DNA of 39,722 bases, from the sequence record SRR20825006_805. The stretch is one strand, 5' to 3'. The position numbers and the translations under genes were made by a program. The notes under the pieces were generated by a model that saw only the letters and a list, made by a program, of their open reading frames with translations, had not been told where the DNA came from and ran no database searches. Of this stretch, positions 19,779-29,490 are shown in pieces; positions within the stretch are counted from its first letter, which is position 1; each line of letters starts with the position of its first letter.

Positions 19779-21824
19779 CTACTTCTTCTTCTCTCTAAAG
19801 CCACCCTCGACGTTGAAGACCTTCGCGCCATTCTGATCGTAGACGTTGTACTTGCAGGTGAGCGTGCCTTCGAGTTTGCGGTGTGGCGCGAGCTTCGGGA
19901 GCGCCTCCTCGATGCAAGGAGGTCCTTCGAGCAGGGTGGCTTTTCCTGCCTCGACCTGAATGCGTGCCTCCTGCTTTCCTGGCTGTCCCTGGACGCATGC
20001 GCCGATTCTGTTGCATCCGCCAAACCGCAGCTCCTGCGCGTTCTCGCGGAGCGTTTGCTCGAGCGCCTTTTGGTCGAGCCTCTCCTTGGTTGCAGTCTGG
20101 GCCTCCTTCAAGAACTCCTCGTAGCGCTTTTCGGTGTCCTCCTCTGGTTTGAGGATGAGGATATTTCGATCCTCGGGGAGTGGCCGTGAGAGGATGGGGT
20201 CTCTCAGCACCAGAACTCCTTCTTCGCTTATGTAGAGAGCTCGCGAGAGCTTGAGCGTCTCTGCGATCATTCGGGTTTTGTCCGAGACATAGAGCGAGTC
20301 CAGGATGCGGATCCTTTGGAGATGCGCGAACGCGGTTCCGTTCATGTGAATCCTCTCGATGTCAAAGTCATTGCCTTCTAATCTCGAGTTCTCCGAGAGG
20401 TAAAGCGTGTCTCCTTTCGTGTTCGAGAGGTTGATTCGGGAGTCCCCATTCGTGGTGATCGTGTCGAAGGAGCCACCGCGAAGGTCGAGCTCCGAGTCAT
20501 CCAGATTGAGCGATTTGATGGTGACACCGACAAGCTCGACCTTGGCCTTCTTGTTCATGGTTATCCCCTTGATATCGAACCCTTCGAGTATCAGGTGGCA
20601 GCCATCTGAGGCATAAATCGACTTGTAGCGCTGCGGCGCTCCATGTTCTCCCGCCTTCAGCTTCAAGGAGATGCTGCTCGTGCAACGGTAGGAGCCTCCC
20701 TCGCCGGGCATTCGCAGCGCCTGAGTACGCAGCAGGAGCGGCTTCATAAACGATGGCGCCATATCCGCCGGGATGCGCCACATGATCGGGGTGGAGACGG
20801 CGACCAAAATCACTGTCGCGATGGCGCCAAGGGTGATCCTCGACCTCCAACTCGATGGCTTTGACTGCTCGCCCGTCCATTGATCGAGCATCGGATTCTC
20901 AGCGCTCTTCGCGACCGCGACAGCGGAAGATTTCTGCGGCGAGGGGCGCTTGACCATCGCAGTGCTCGCCGCAGGTTTTGACTCCTTTGCAGTGACAGCG
21001 AGCGCCTCTTCGAGCGCGCTGCGTGCGGTGTGGGCATCATCGAAGCGCTCGCCTTTCTCCGGGCGCGTGAGCACCTCGAGCCAGTCGCGAAATGCCTCGG
21101 GGGTGTCTTCGGGGAGCTTGTCGAAGTTCAGGACAAAGGATGTGGAGACGTGCAGGCGCATGTCTTCTGTGCCGATGCCCGCGAGCAATGCGTAGAGCGT
21201 GGCGCCCAGGCCGTACAAATCAGTGCGCTCGTCGACGCCGGTGTTAAAGAACTGCTCGGGCGCCATGAACCCCGGCGTCCCCGCGGCGACCGTGGAGCTC
21301 GATCCTTCGCGTTGCGCGTCTCTCGCCAAACCGAAGTCGATCAGGTGAACCTCGCCATGTTCGTGGCGAAGGATGTTCTCGGGCTTGAGATCTCGGTGAA
21401 TGATCGGTGGGTTGCGGTTCTGCAAGTCGACCAGGATATCGAGCAAATCGCGCGCGATTTGCTCGACCTCTGCAAACTCCCAACGTCTGCGGTGTGACAG
21501 CGGTGGCGCCTGAACCCGCTCCTGCACGAGCCAGAAGCCGTCCTCGACCTGGAAGGCATCCAGAAACGCCGGGATAGAGGGGTGATCCAGGCTCTGCAAC
21601 GTCTCGAGCTCGCGCTGGTGCGCCTTGAACCCTGCCCAGTCCGCGTCCTCGCGCGCGAAGGAGAACTGCTTGATGATCACTTCTCGACCATCTGTGAGCC
21701 GCGTCGCAGCATAAGTCAGGCGACCGCCGCTTACATTCCGGCCAAGAACCTCACCCAACCGATAGCCATGCTTTTCCTCTCCGACACCCAAGGGAACCTC
21801 CTGCAAACGCTGCGAGTTCCACAA
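19779..21824 (-). CDS. membrane Ser/Thr protein kinase with a beta-helix-like extracytoplasmic domain
   Basis: VIIK, HRDLKPEN, DFG and GTPGFMAPE; TM helix ITLGAIATVILVAVS; about 19-aa beta-solenoid repeats in the C-terminal half. Confidence 0.88.
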   Translation of the reverse strand: MWNSQRLQEVPLGVGEEKHGYRLGEVLGRNVSGGRLTYAATRLTDGREVIIKQFSFAREDADWAGFKAHQRELETLQSLDHPSIPAFLDAFQVEDGFWLVQERVQAPPLSHRRRWEFAEVEQIARDLLDILVDLQNRNPPIIHRDLKPENILRHEHGEVHLIDFGLARDAQREGSSSTVAAGTPGFMAPEQFFNTGVDERTDLYGLGATLYALLAGIGTEDMRLHVSTSFVLNFDKLPEDTPEAFRDWLEVLTRPEKGERFDDAHTARSALEEALAVTAKESKPAASTAMVKRPSPQKSSAVAVAKSAENPMLDQWTGEQSKPSSWRSRITLGAIATVILVAVSTPIMWRIPADMAPSFMKPLLLRTQALRMPGEGGSYRCTSSISLKLKAGEHGAPQRYKSIYASDGCHLILEGFDIKGITMNKKAKVELVGVTIKSLNLDDSELDLRGGSFDTITTNGDSRINLSNTKGDTLYLSENSRLEGNDFDIERIHMNGTAFAHLQRIRILDSLYVSDKTRMIAETLKLSRALYISEEGVLVLRDPILSRPLPEDRNILILKPEEDTEKRYEEFLKEAQTATKERLDQKALEQTLRENAQELRFGGCNRIGACVQGQPGKQEARIQVEAGKATLLEGPPCIEEALPKLAPHRKLEGTLTCKYNVYDQNGAKVFNVEGGFREKKK

Positions 21825-21875
21825 AGATATACAGTGCCGTGCCGAATTGCACCTCGCGAACCACCCAAAGACACC

Positions 21876-21994
21876 CCAGCGATCCTGGCACGATTTTCGA
21901 GTTGTGCTTCGATACCCACCTTACGTTCGCACTCACAGTCAGTCGCGCTGCCTGAAGATATTAAAAAAATCGAAAATCGTGCCAGGATCGCTGG
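21876..21994. mobile_element. 119-bp MITE-like element with perfect 25-bp terminal inverted repeats
   Basis: CCAGCGATCCTGGCACGATTTTCGA (21876-21900) and its reverse complement (21970-21994) flank a 69-nt spacer. Flanks are ACACC and CCACC. Confidence 0.5.
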
Positions 21995-22050
21995 CCACCA
22001 GCCTTCGTGCTCGGGCGCTCCGAATGGGGCGAAGCGCGATGAAAGGAGAA

Positions 22051-23013
22051 TCACTGGGCGTTAAATATGGCGTTGGCGATGCTGCTCCATAGCGGGAGCA
22101 GCAACAGCGAGAGGATCGAGGACCAGACGATCGCTGCGCCCACGCGATCGGACCTCGCGCCCGCCTGGTGAGCCATCGAGAAGGTCGTGATCGCCACCGG
22201 CATCGAGGCGAGCACGACATGCAGCGCGGCGTACTCGCCGGAGATCCAGCCAAGGCGCCAGCCGAGCAGCATCACGCCGAGCATCAGCGCGGGCGTGATC
22301 GCCTGCCTTACGAGCAAGTGCCCCAAAAGCGGGAGATCGCGCGCGGCGAGTCGATCGCGTTGTCGATACAGGTAGAGTCCCAACAAAAACAGCGCCACGG
22401 GGGCTGCTGATGCGGCGAGGGGCTTGAGCCAGGTGATCGCCTCGCCGCGCGCTGCTTCGGGCAGCGCGCGCAACGCGAGCCCGACAGCGGGCGCCCAGAA
22501 GAGCGGTTGTTTGGCGACGCGCAGGATCAGCTCCCTGGCGCCCGGCTTATCCTCGCCGCCAGACCAGAGCGCGAGGACAGTGGGGCCTAACGTGACGGCG
22601 CCCGTGACGTGAATGGCGACGGCGAGCGCTGCGGCGCCGCCGATTTGCTCGCCGAAGGTGGCGCGCACGTAGGGGAGTCCTAAATAGGCGACGTTCCCGA
22701 AGACGACGACCAGCGAGAGGGTGCCCAGTGATTCTCGCCATGCTGGGATGATTCGCAGCGTGAGGAGCATGACCGCGAGGCAGATCGGCCAGGCCAGGTA
22801 GAAGAGCGGAGATGATGGGAGCGCGAGCCTCGCGTCGACCAACCCGAGCGCGATCAGCGCGGGGAAGCCGATGTTCAGGGCGTAGGTGTTGAGCGTGGTG
22901 ATCGCCTCTTCCGGGTCGCGAAATAGACCAGCCCTCCCGGCGATGGCGCCGAGGAATGCGGGGATAGCCAGTTGGAAGAGGCGCGGTGCGGTGTCGAGGG
23001 CTGCTTGCAGCAA
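22051..23013 (-). CDS. AEC (auxin efflux carrier) family transporter
   Basis: Multiple TM helices; motifs YALNIGFPAL, FGNVAYLGLP, APVALFLLG and SMPVAIT. TTG start 23013 chosen to avoid overlap with the upstream gene. Confidence 0.85.
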   Translation of the reverse strand: MLQAALDTAPRLFQLAIPAFLGAIAGRAGLFRDPEEAITTLNTYALNIGFPALIALGLVDARLALPSSPLFYLAWPICLAVMLLTLRIIPAWRESLGTLSLVVVFGNVAYLGLPYVRATFGEQIGGAAALAVAIHVTGAVTLGPTVLALWSGGEDKPGARELILRVAKQPLFWAPAVGLALRALPEAARGEAITWLKPLAASAAPVALFLLGLYLYRQRDRLAARDLPLLGHLLVRQAITPALMLGVMLLGWRLGWISGEYAALHVVLASMPVAITTFSMAHQAGARSDRVGAAIVWSSILSLLLLPLWSSIANAIFNAQ

Positions 23014-23035
23014 GGCTCTGAAGATCTCGAAAGGG

Positions 23036-23674
23036 TCAGAGGAAGTCCGTGATATCGAGGATGACGATCCCTGCGCCCACGGTCCCGGGGATGCGGATGA
23101 GGATGCCAGCGGTGAACCCCTGCTCCCAGCGCGTGGCGAGCAGAGTGTTGCTGACCTCAGCGTAGAAGCCAAAGCTCCCCTCGCCATAGGCATAACCTGC
23201 GCCGCAAAAGTCCGAGCTGCAAGCGTCGAAGGGGCCTTCTGAGAATTTATGCCATTCGTAGAAGACGCGCATGGCGGCGCGCCCTCCTTCGAGCGTGTAT
23301 TCGCTGCGGTTGCTCAGGAGCATGTGCATTTGCATCCCGACTCCGAGGCGACCTCTCATGCCGGGGTAGAGCAACGCGTAGCCCTCGAGGTAGGGGCCAT
23401 GCAGAACCAGTGGCGAATCTGGGAAGTGAAACCTCGCGCCATAACCGATGCCCACGTCAGCGCTGCGCCCTTCGAGCTCGGGGAAGAGTTGCAGCGGCGT
23501 GAGCGCGCCTCGCACGTCGAAGTTCCCTTGCGGGTAGGTTCGGGTGCTGACCTCGCTCGGCACCCTCGAGATGCCCACGCCGGTCTCCACACGAGCTGGA
23601 GGCGTCGCCCAGATCACAGGCAGGCAACCTGCGAGCAGCAGCACGAAGGGGCAGAGAAGCAGGATGCGTTGCAT
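23036..23674 (-). CDS. putative lipoprotein with a beta-strand-rich body
   Basis: MQRILLLCPFVLLLAG-C lipobox and amphipathic beta-strands. Start ATG 23674. Confidence 0.7.
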   Translation of the reverse strand: MQRILLLCPFVLLLAGCLPVIWATPPARVETGVGISRVPSEVSTRTYPQGNFDVRGALTPLQLFPELEGRSADVGIGYGARFHFPDSPLVLHGPYLEGYALLYPGMRGRLGVGMQMHMLLSNRSEYTLEGGRAAMRVFYEWHKFSEGPFDACSSDFCGAGYAYGEGSFGFYAEVSNTLLATRWEQGFTAGILIRIPGTVGAGIVILDITDFL

Positions 23675-23880
23675 GGATGACTCGGGGGCAAAGTTTGCGG
23701 CGAGGGAGGGGTGTAAGCGTGCTCCCCTCGCCGCACTTTTTTCAAGGTCAGTGACAATTTTTGGCCACTGCGACAAAAATGGCAGAGGAGTCCTGGGTAA
23801 AACAACAGATCTTTGAGAGCACTTCCACGTTAAGAACTCGCGCACCCGCATGGCACCGTCAATGAAATGACGGTCGTTAT

Positions 23881-23896
23881 TGGCACAGGTCTTGAA
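23881..23896 (+). promoter_or_regulatory. candidate sigma54 promoter
   Basis: TGGCACAGGTCTTGAA: canonical -24 element, and TTGA instead of TTGC at -12 with correct spacing. Confidence 0.5.
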
Positions 23897-23970
23897 GAAG
23901 ACATTTGTAGAGGCGAACAAGGACGTGTCCCTGCGAAGGTGCGAGGGAGTTTTTTGCAGGAGGTAGCAAA

Positions 23971-24189
23971 ATGAAGATCGCGAAATTTAAAGAGATTCGA
24001 CACGCGCTCGGGATGATTTTCTCGGTCCGCGAGGCCCCCATCGAGGAAGATGTGTTCGTGTACCTCGACGAGGATCTGATTTATGCGGCTTACCAAAAGG
24101 ATCGCACGGAAGTGATCCGGTTCTCGGACAGACATCAGGACGCATTAAAGCGAGCCTTCGCGCGTCGCCGCCCTGTGCCGGCTGGCTGA
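23971..24189 (+). CDS. small hypothetical protein (72 aa)
   Basis: Strong ribosome-binding site AGGAGGT 6 nt before ATG; the ORF fills the gap between flanking genes without overlap. Confidence 0.7.
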   Translation: MKIAKFKEIRHALGMIFSVREAPIEEDVFVYLDEDLIYAAYQKDRTEVIRFSDRHQDALKRAFARRRPVPAG

Positions 24190-24211
24190 ACGAGCACCTG
24201 TACTCGTCGCG

Positions 24212-25807
24212 TCAGCCATCGAGGCTGCGAAAACGCAACGTGTCACCGTCGCGCTCTGCGCGACCGACTTCGTGCAAGTGGATCAGGTGCGCGGTCAGGC
24301 TCATGGCCGCCAGAAACCAAACGGTCTCGGGCACATCTTTGTAAACGATCGGGACCAGATCCATCGGTTCTGCCCATACGTCACTCGCGGCCTGCGAGTG
24401 GTCCTCCAACGCCTGATAAACCTGTTCTTCTCGCGCCAACCTGTGCTGCTCGTACTCTTCGAGCTTTTGCCTCGGCGTGACGATCGTCCAACCATGCGAG
24501 GGATGGAGCGCGCCGAGGTTCATCGCTTTCACGCGCGCCAGACTCTCCAGGTAGTCGCCCATATGACCTTCCGGCGGCCTGACGAGAATTGTCCCTTTCG
24601 ATGCCACCAAATCGCCGCTGAACATCGTGTTCGAGCGTTTGTGCAACAGCGCGATGTGCCCTGGCGCGTGCCCCGGCGTGAACACGCACTCCAGGTCGTG
24701 CTCGCCGCCATCGAGCGTGATGATATCCCCATCCTCGAGCAACCTCGCCAGCTTCGGGTATTTGCTCCCGAGCAGCTCGCCAGTGATTTCATGCGCCCAT
24801 AATGGAACCTCGCCATATCTCTCGAGCAAGGCCGGGACGCCACACACATGATCGACGTGATGGTGCGTGAGCACGATCGCCTCGAACGCGGCGCCACGCG
24901 CGAGCAAGGTGTCTATGGCTGGGTAGAGCATCGCCAGTTGTTCTGGATCGTCAGTCCCAGGATCGACGACGACAAAGGTCTCCTTGCCGATGATGGCGCA
25001 GTTGGTGTGCGTCGCGGGTGGGATGGTCGGGCTCTCGAGCGAGATCATGTAAGTCCCGCCGATGTGCTCGATCAAGGTGAGCGGGTCCATCGCGTCCTGA
25101 TCCACGCGCGTGAGTGATTCATGCGCTGCGCCAGTGATTTGCGTGGCCATCTGCCTGAGGATCGCGATGGTCGGCGCGGAGAGCATGACCTCGCCATGCT
25201 CGTGCATTCTGACCGCTTCGGCTGGCGTGATCCACGCTGCATCCTGGAGCTCGCTCGCTTGCACATCTTCGCATATCGCGTCGCTCTGGACCTGCGCTGC
25301 TTCCTCTTCTGTGAGCACCGCCAGGAAGAACTCGGTCTCGAAGCGGATCGGTATCCACTCCGGCGTGGTCCATCGCCCGATCGGTCTGTAACGCTGCGCG
25401 TCGACAGGGGGTAATGATGAGGCGAGGAGCGCGTCCAGGAAGTGCTCCTCGCCGCTGTTCGTGTCCGAATCATTCGCGCTCGAACGCCTCATTTGCTCGA
25501 GCTGAGCTGATGTCAGCGACGAGCAGGACGACACGTTGTGTTTTGACAGCGGCCCTTCGCTCGAGAAGAGGACGCCGACCTCTTCGAACAGCTCGCGAGC
25601 AGCGCAACCGAGCAACGCGCGCATGCTGGCGTCCTCGACTTCACCGCTCATCGGGATCTCGTCATCACCATCCTCGAGCGATCCACCGGGGAAGGCGTGG
25701 AACCCACCGAGAAAGGCGAGCTCCGGGCGTCGCCTCGCCCAGAAGATTTCGAACTTGTCGTCGCGAACGCGGGCGAGGATGGCGCAAGAGGAGAGCCTCG
25801 GTTTCAT
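24212..25807 (-). CDS. NUDIX hydrolase / metallo-beta-lactamase-fold (LACTB2-like) fusion
   Basis: FPGG...AARELFEEVG NUDIX box and WTTP..RFETEFF; MBL motifs THHHVDH, TPGHAPGH, SGD and PSHG. Start ATG 25807. Confidence 0.88.
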   Translation of the reverse strand: MKPRLSSCAILARVRDDKFEIFWARRRPELAFLGGFHAFPGGSLEDGDDEIPMSGEVEDASMRALLGCAARELFEEVGVLFSSEGPLSKHNVSSCSSLTSAQLEQMRRSSANDSDTNSGEEHFLDALLASSLPPVDAQRYRPIGRWTTPEWIPIRFETEFFLAVLTEEEAAQVQSDAICEDVQASELQDAAWITPAEAVRMHEHGEVMLSAPTIAILRQMATQITGAAHESLTRVDQDAMDPLTLIEHIGGTYMISLESPTIPPATHTNCAIIGKETFVVVDPGTDDPEQLAMLYPAIDTLLARGAAFEAIVLTHHHVDHVCGVPALLERYGEVPLWAHEITGELLGSKYPKLARLLEDGDIITLDGGEHDLECVFTPGHAPGHIALLHKRSNTMFSGDLVASKGTILVRPPEGHMGDYLESLARVKAMNLGALHPSHGWTIVTPRQKLEEYEQHRLAREEQVYQALEDHSQAASDVWAEPMDLVPIVYKDVPETVWFLAAMSLTAHLIHLHEVGRAERDGDTLRFRSLDG

Positions 25808-25844
25808 GATCGTCCTGCAAAAAAGAGGATGCTGTGCAAAAAGT

Positions 25845-26801
25845 TTAGGCCCGCGCCGCGCTGAGCGCGGCCGCGCCGAGCATCCCGGCGATGTCCCCGA
25901 GCGTTGGCTCGGCCAACGCGAGGTCCTCGCGCGCGGCATGCAGAATCAATGGGGTCAATCGTGACAAGGTTTGCGCGCGAAAGCGACCGCAGTTCTCCCA
26001 GACGCCTCCACCCATCAGCAGCAAGGATGGGTTGAGCAGCGTGCACGCGTTGGCGATCACGAGCGCGAGCTTTTTCGAGGCATCTTCCCACATCGCTTCG
26101 AGCGCAGGCCACTGATCTGATGCCTGGTCTGCGGCGAGGAGGTCGACGTTTTTGCCGTCCTCGCCGCCAAGAATCGCGTCGCGCAGCTCCTGTGGTGCGT
26201 CGAGCAGTGCTTGTTTCGTGAGCGCTTCCAGGTGGATGCCGCCAGCGTAGGCTTCCAGGCAACCGTGTTCGCCACACCCGCAGATGCGGCCGCCAGGTTC
26301 GACCTTGGCGTGGCCGATTTCTCCGGCCTTTCCGCCACCTCCTTCGAGGAGCTTGTGACCAGCGATGATTCCTCCGCCGACGCCCGTGCCGACATACACG
26401 GCGAGGATGTCCGAGTGATTTTGTGCGGCGCCTGCTGTGTACTCGCCCCAGAGGAGGGCGTTGAGGTCATTGACCAACAACACGGGCGCCTCGACTGGCA
26501 AGGTCTCTTCCAAAACCTTCGCGAAGTCGAGGTTTCTCCAACCGAGGTTTGGCGCGTTGATGACGGTGCGACCGTCGAGCTCGAGCTGGGCGGCGATGCC
26601 GACGCCGACGGACTCGATGACGCTGGCGTCCTGCCAGAGCTCTTCCAGCAGTTCCTCGAGCAGGGCGCGCATGATGCCCGCGACGCCCGCCGGGGAGGTG
26701 TCATCGCGGAGCCTCGCGCGTCGTGTGGCCAACGTCGAGAAGGATGCATCGAAAGCGCAGATGCGGGCATTCGTCCCGCCGATATCATAGCCAATTCTCA
26801 A
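25845..26801 (-). CDS. ROK family sugar kinase (glucokinase-like)
   Basis: GYDIGGT, NDLNA, GTGVGGG, GEIGH and CGCGEHGCLE. TTG start after GAGG. Confidence 0.9.
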   Translation of the reverse strand: MRIGYDIGGTNARICAFDASFSTLATRRARLRDDTSPAGVAGIMRALLEELLEELWQDASVIESVGVGIAAQLELDGRTVINAPNLGWRNLDFAKVLEETLPVEAPVLLVNDLNALLWGEYTAGAAQNHSDILAVYVGTGVGGGIIAGHKLLEGGGGKAGEIGHAKVEPGGRICGCGEHGCLEAYAGGIHLEALTKQALLDAPQELRDAILGGEDGKNVDLLAADQASDQWPALEAMWEDASKKLALVIANACTLLNPSLLLMGGGVWENCGRFRAQTLSRLTPLILHAAREDLALAEPTLGDIAGMLGAAALSAARA

Positions 26802-26931
26802 GGTTGACCTCGTCGTGATGGAGCGGTTCTTGACTCGGGTATACCAGACGCATCGATCGGGGTGAAGAATCGTGGTATGACGCCGTGACAAGATGGCGAT
26901 GGTCGATGTTTCGAGCGAGACGAGGCGAGAG

Positions 26932-27807
26932 ATGACAGATGTCTTGAGAGTGTCCGTTTTAGGTTTGGCGGTGGTGTTGCTGTGTCCAGCAACGGCGCTG
27001 GCGCAGGAAGAGATTCAGGTCGATGGGAGCGGCAATGGTCCCGTCAACATCGAGGTCAATACGGGCGGCACCAAAAAAGACTCCGGCTTCAGGCTCGACC
27101 TGACCGCTGGCGTCAAGGGTGGCCTCAATGGCTCGTGGGCGCTCGAGGTTCCTGAAAGTACTGTTATGGGAGATCCCATCGACCAACAGACCAAGTCCTA
27201 TTACTCGCAGTTTGGTCTCGGCGGTGATGTGGGCCTGGCGGTCGATGTTCGTGCGCTGGGAATCGTCGGGTTGGAGACGGGCTTTCGCTTCTCCTTCGAC
27301 AACGGCGATGGCTACAACGAGCTGACACAAGCAGGTTCAGATGCGATCCTCGTCAGGATCAATCAGTACCAACGCACCAACTCGATGCGCATCCCCTTCC
27401 TGCTCAAGGTCGGGAAGCCAAACGGGATCGTCAAACCGACCTTTGGCCTGGGCGTCGAGCTCGTGCGTCAGCGCCAGTCGACGATCCGTTATGATGTCGA
27501 GGAGCTCAATGCGATGGAGCCAGATACCACGACCGCTGAACGTGAGGCTCGCAATCAGATCGAGACCTCCAATTACCCCGCAGGGACGCTCGCGTTGGGG
27601 ATCGAGATCGACACTGGCCCCATCAAGATCCCGATCGAACTGCGCGCTCAGTACAACCTGAAGTACGCAGGCGGCTCCTTTGACGAGCGCGTGCGCGTCG
27701 ATCGTTCGGGTTCCGACCCTGTGTATTACTACGATGGCGCTTACATGGGTCACTTTGGCGTGACGATCGGGCTGATGTACGACCACACGTTCTGGCTCGG
27801 AGACTGA
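26932..27807 (+). CDS. putative outer-membrane beta-barrel protein
   Basis: Signal peptide ending TALA, alternating beta-strands and an aromatic C-terminus. Confidence 0.7.
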   Translation: MTDVLRVSVLGLAVVLLCPATALAQEEIQVDGSGNGPVNIEVNTGGTKKDSGFRLDLTAGVKGGLNGSWALEVPESTVMGDPIDQQTKSYYSQFGLGGDVGLAVDVRALGIVGLETGFRFSFDNGDGYNELTQAGSDAILVRINQYQRTNSMRIPFLLKVGKPNGIVKPTFGLGVELVRQRQSTIRYDVEELNAMEPDTTTAEREARNQIETSNYPAGTLALGIEIDTGPIKIPIELRAQYNLKYAGGSFDERVRVDRSGSDPVYYYDGAYMGHFGVTIGLMYDHTFWLGD

Positions 27808-27979
27808 GGCGGAACTCTCGGCGTATCGCGCTTAACGCTGCGGCGAGCATCATGTATGCTCCCTGTGACTCGCCGCATGAAATTTAGGATGGGGGATGCC
27901 TGATAACCGAGTCGGTTGGACGGGGTCCTCCTTTCATGACTTTGTGGCAAGCTGACAAAACCAATAAAAGGAAAGAAAG

Positions 27980-28546
27980 ATGAGCATGGTCAAGCAGTTC
28001 AACGAGACGCCCGCAGACTACGTCCCAGGCACAGGCGAACTCCACGCGATTTTGCACACCACCATGGGCGCGATCGATGTCCTCCTGTTCGAGAATCGCG
28101 CGCCGAAGACGGTCGCGAACTTCGTCGGCCTCGCCACCGGCAAGCGCACCTGGACTGATCCCGACACCTTCGACACGAGCAATGATCCGTTCTACGACGG
28201 CGTCATCTTCCACCGCGTGATCCCAGGCTTTATGGTTCAGGGCGGCGACCGCCTCGGCATCGGCACCGGCGGCCCTGGCTACCGCTTCGCGGACGAGTTC
28301 CACCCCGAGCTCAAGCACACCAAGGCGGGCATCCTCTCGATGGCAAACGCTGGCCCCAACACCAACGGCTCGCAGTTCTTCATCACCGAAGGCCCCACGC
28401 CTCACCTCGATGGTCGCCACGCGGTCTTCGGCGAGGTCGTCGCTGGCCTCGATGTCGTCAACGCGATCGCGAACGTCGCGCGTGGCCCACGTGATCGTCC
28501 AAAGGTCGACGTGGTCATCGAGCGCGTCGAGGTCAAGCGAGTCTGA
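27980..28546 (+). CDS. cyclophilin-type peptidyl-prolyl cis-trans isomerase
   Basis: [39 protein letters not shown] and LDGRHAVFG. Confidence 0.95.
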   Translation: MSMVKQFNETPADYVPGTGELHAILHTTMGAIDVLLFENRAPKTVANFVGLATGKRTWTDPDTFDTSNDPFYDGVIFHRVIPGFMVQGGDRLGIGTGGPGYRFADEFHPELKHTKAGILSMANAGPNTNGSQFFITEGPTPHLDGRHAVFGEVVAGLDVVNAIANVARGPRDRPKVDVVIERVEVKRV

Positions 28547-28548
28547 GT

Positions 28549-29433
28549 GTGAAAGTGTTCAGAGAACAAGTCACAGCGAACATCATCGCGTCGACCGTGC
28601 TCGCGCTCGGCGCGGTGATGTTCTGGTCTCCTGACGTCCAGGCACAGGAAGAGGATCCCTTCGAGGACGAGTTTGGAGAGGTCTCCAAGCCCGCGCCCGA
28701 GGCGGAGCCCGAAGCCAAAGAGCCTGCGCGTCAAGAAGAGGCAAGCGTCGAGGAAGAGAGCGCCCCGCGCAAAAAGCTCGCTCCCGGTCGACTGCGCGTC
28801 GGTGGGCGGATCGGAGGCTCTTACAATCAGCTCTCTCGTCCGACTGATCCCGCTGGTGAGCCGACGCTGCTCTATGGGTCGGTGTTCAGCGGTCCAGGCT
28901 TTATGGTCGGCGCGCAGGCGAGTTTCCTGGCGACGAGCTCTGATTACCTGGACATCCTGCTCGAGCTCGGGTTGCTCTACGGGTTCTCACAGGGCACCGG
29001 TTATGCCGAGAGCATCGATGGGAGTCAGCGCCAGACGATCCAACTTCGCAGCCACGGCGTGCGCGTGCCGTTGCTCTTGCGCCTCGGTTCGCGCGGCGAG
29101 GGGCGCGTGCGTCTGTCGCTGCTCGCCGGACCTGAGTTGTTGTTGGGGCTCGCCAGTTCGGCGACCGTGACCAACGAGGGGATCGAGGATGAGCCGCAAC
29201 CGCTCTACACGAAACCTGTGACACACCTCGGGTTGAGCGCGGGGTTGGGGTTAAACTTCAACCTCGGGAAGGTTCGGGTGCCGCTCGACTTCAGGTTGAC
29301 CTGGGACCCGATGGTGCCAGGTTCCACGCGCGAGCGCTTCGAAGGTTTTCAGAGCCTCGATGATCCCGGCACCTACCAAGTCGGGTTCGACACCCAGTTG
29401 CTCTTTTTGCTGGGGGTAGAGTACGCGCTCTGA
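28549..29433 (+). CDS. putative outer-membrane beta-barrel protein, paralog of 26932..27807
   Basis: Signal peptide ending VQA, acidic linker, beta-strands and C-terminal LGVEYAL. Shares motifs with the upstream paralog. Confidence 0.7.
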   Translation: MKVFREQVTANIIASTVLALGAVMFWSPDVQAQEEDPFEDEFGEVSKPAPEAEPEAKEPARQEEASVEEESAPRKKLAPGRLRVGGRIGGSYNQLSRPTDPAGEPTLLYGSVFSGPGFMVGAQASFLATSSDYLDILLELGLLYGFSQGTGYAESIDGSQRQTIQLRSHGVRVPLLLRLGSRGEGRVRLSLLAGPELLLGLASSATVTNEGIEDEPQPLYTKPVTHLGLSAGLGLNFNLGKVRVPLDFRLTWDPMVPGSTRERFEGFQSLDDPGTYQVGFDTQLLFLLGVEYAL

Positions 29434-29490
29434 AGTTTGTGACCCCTCTTTTCGCGAACCCAAAGAACGATATTTTCAGCTGGTGGCACC

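Noticed and set aside
21876-21994. Retron ncRNA (a1/a2 inverted repeats)
   Set aside because: No reverse transcriptase nearby and no msd-like long stem in the spacer.
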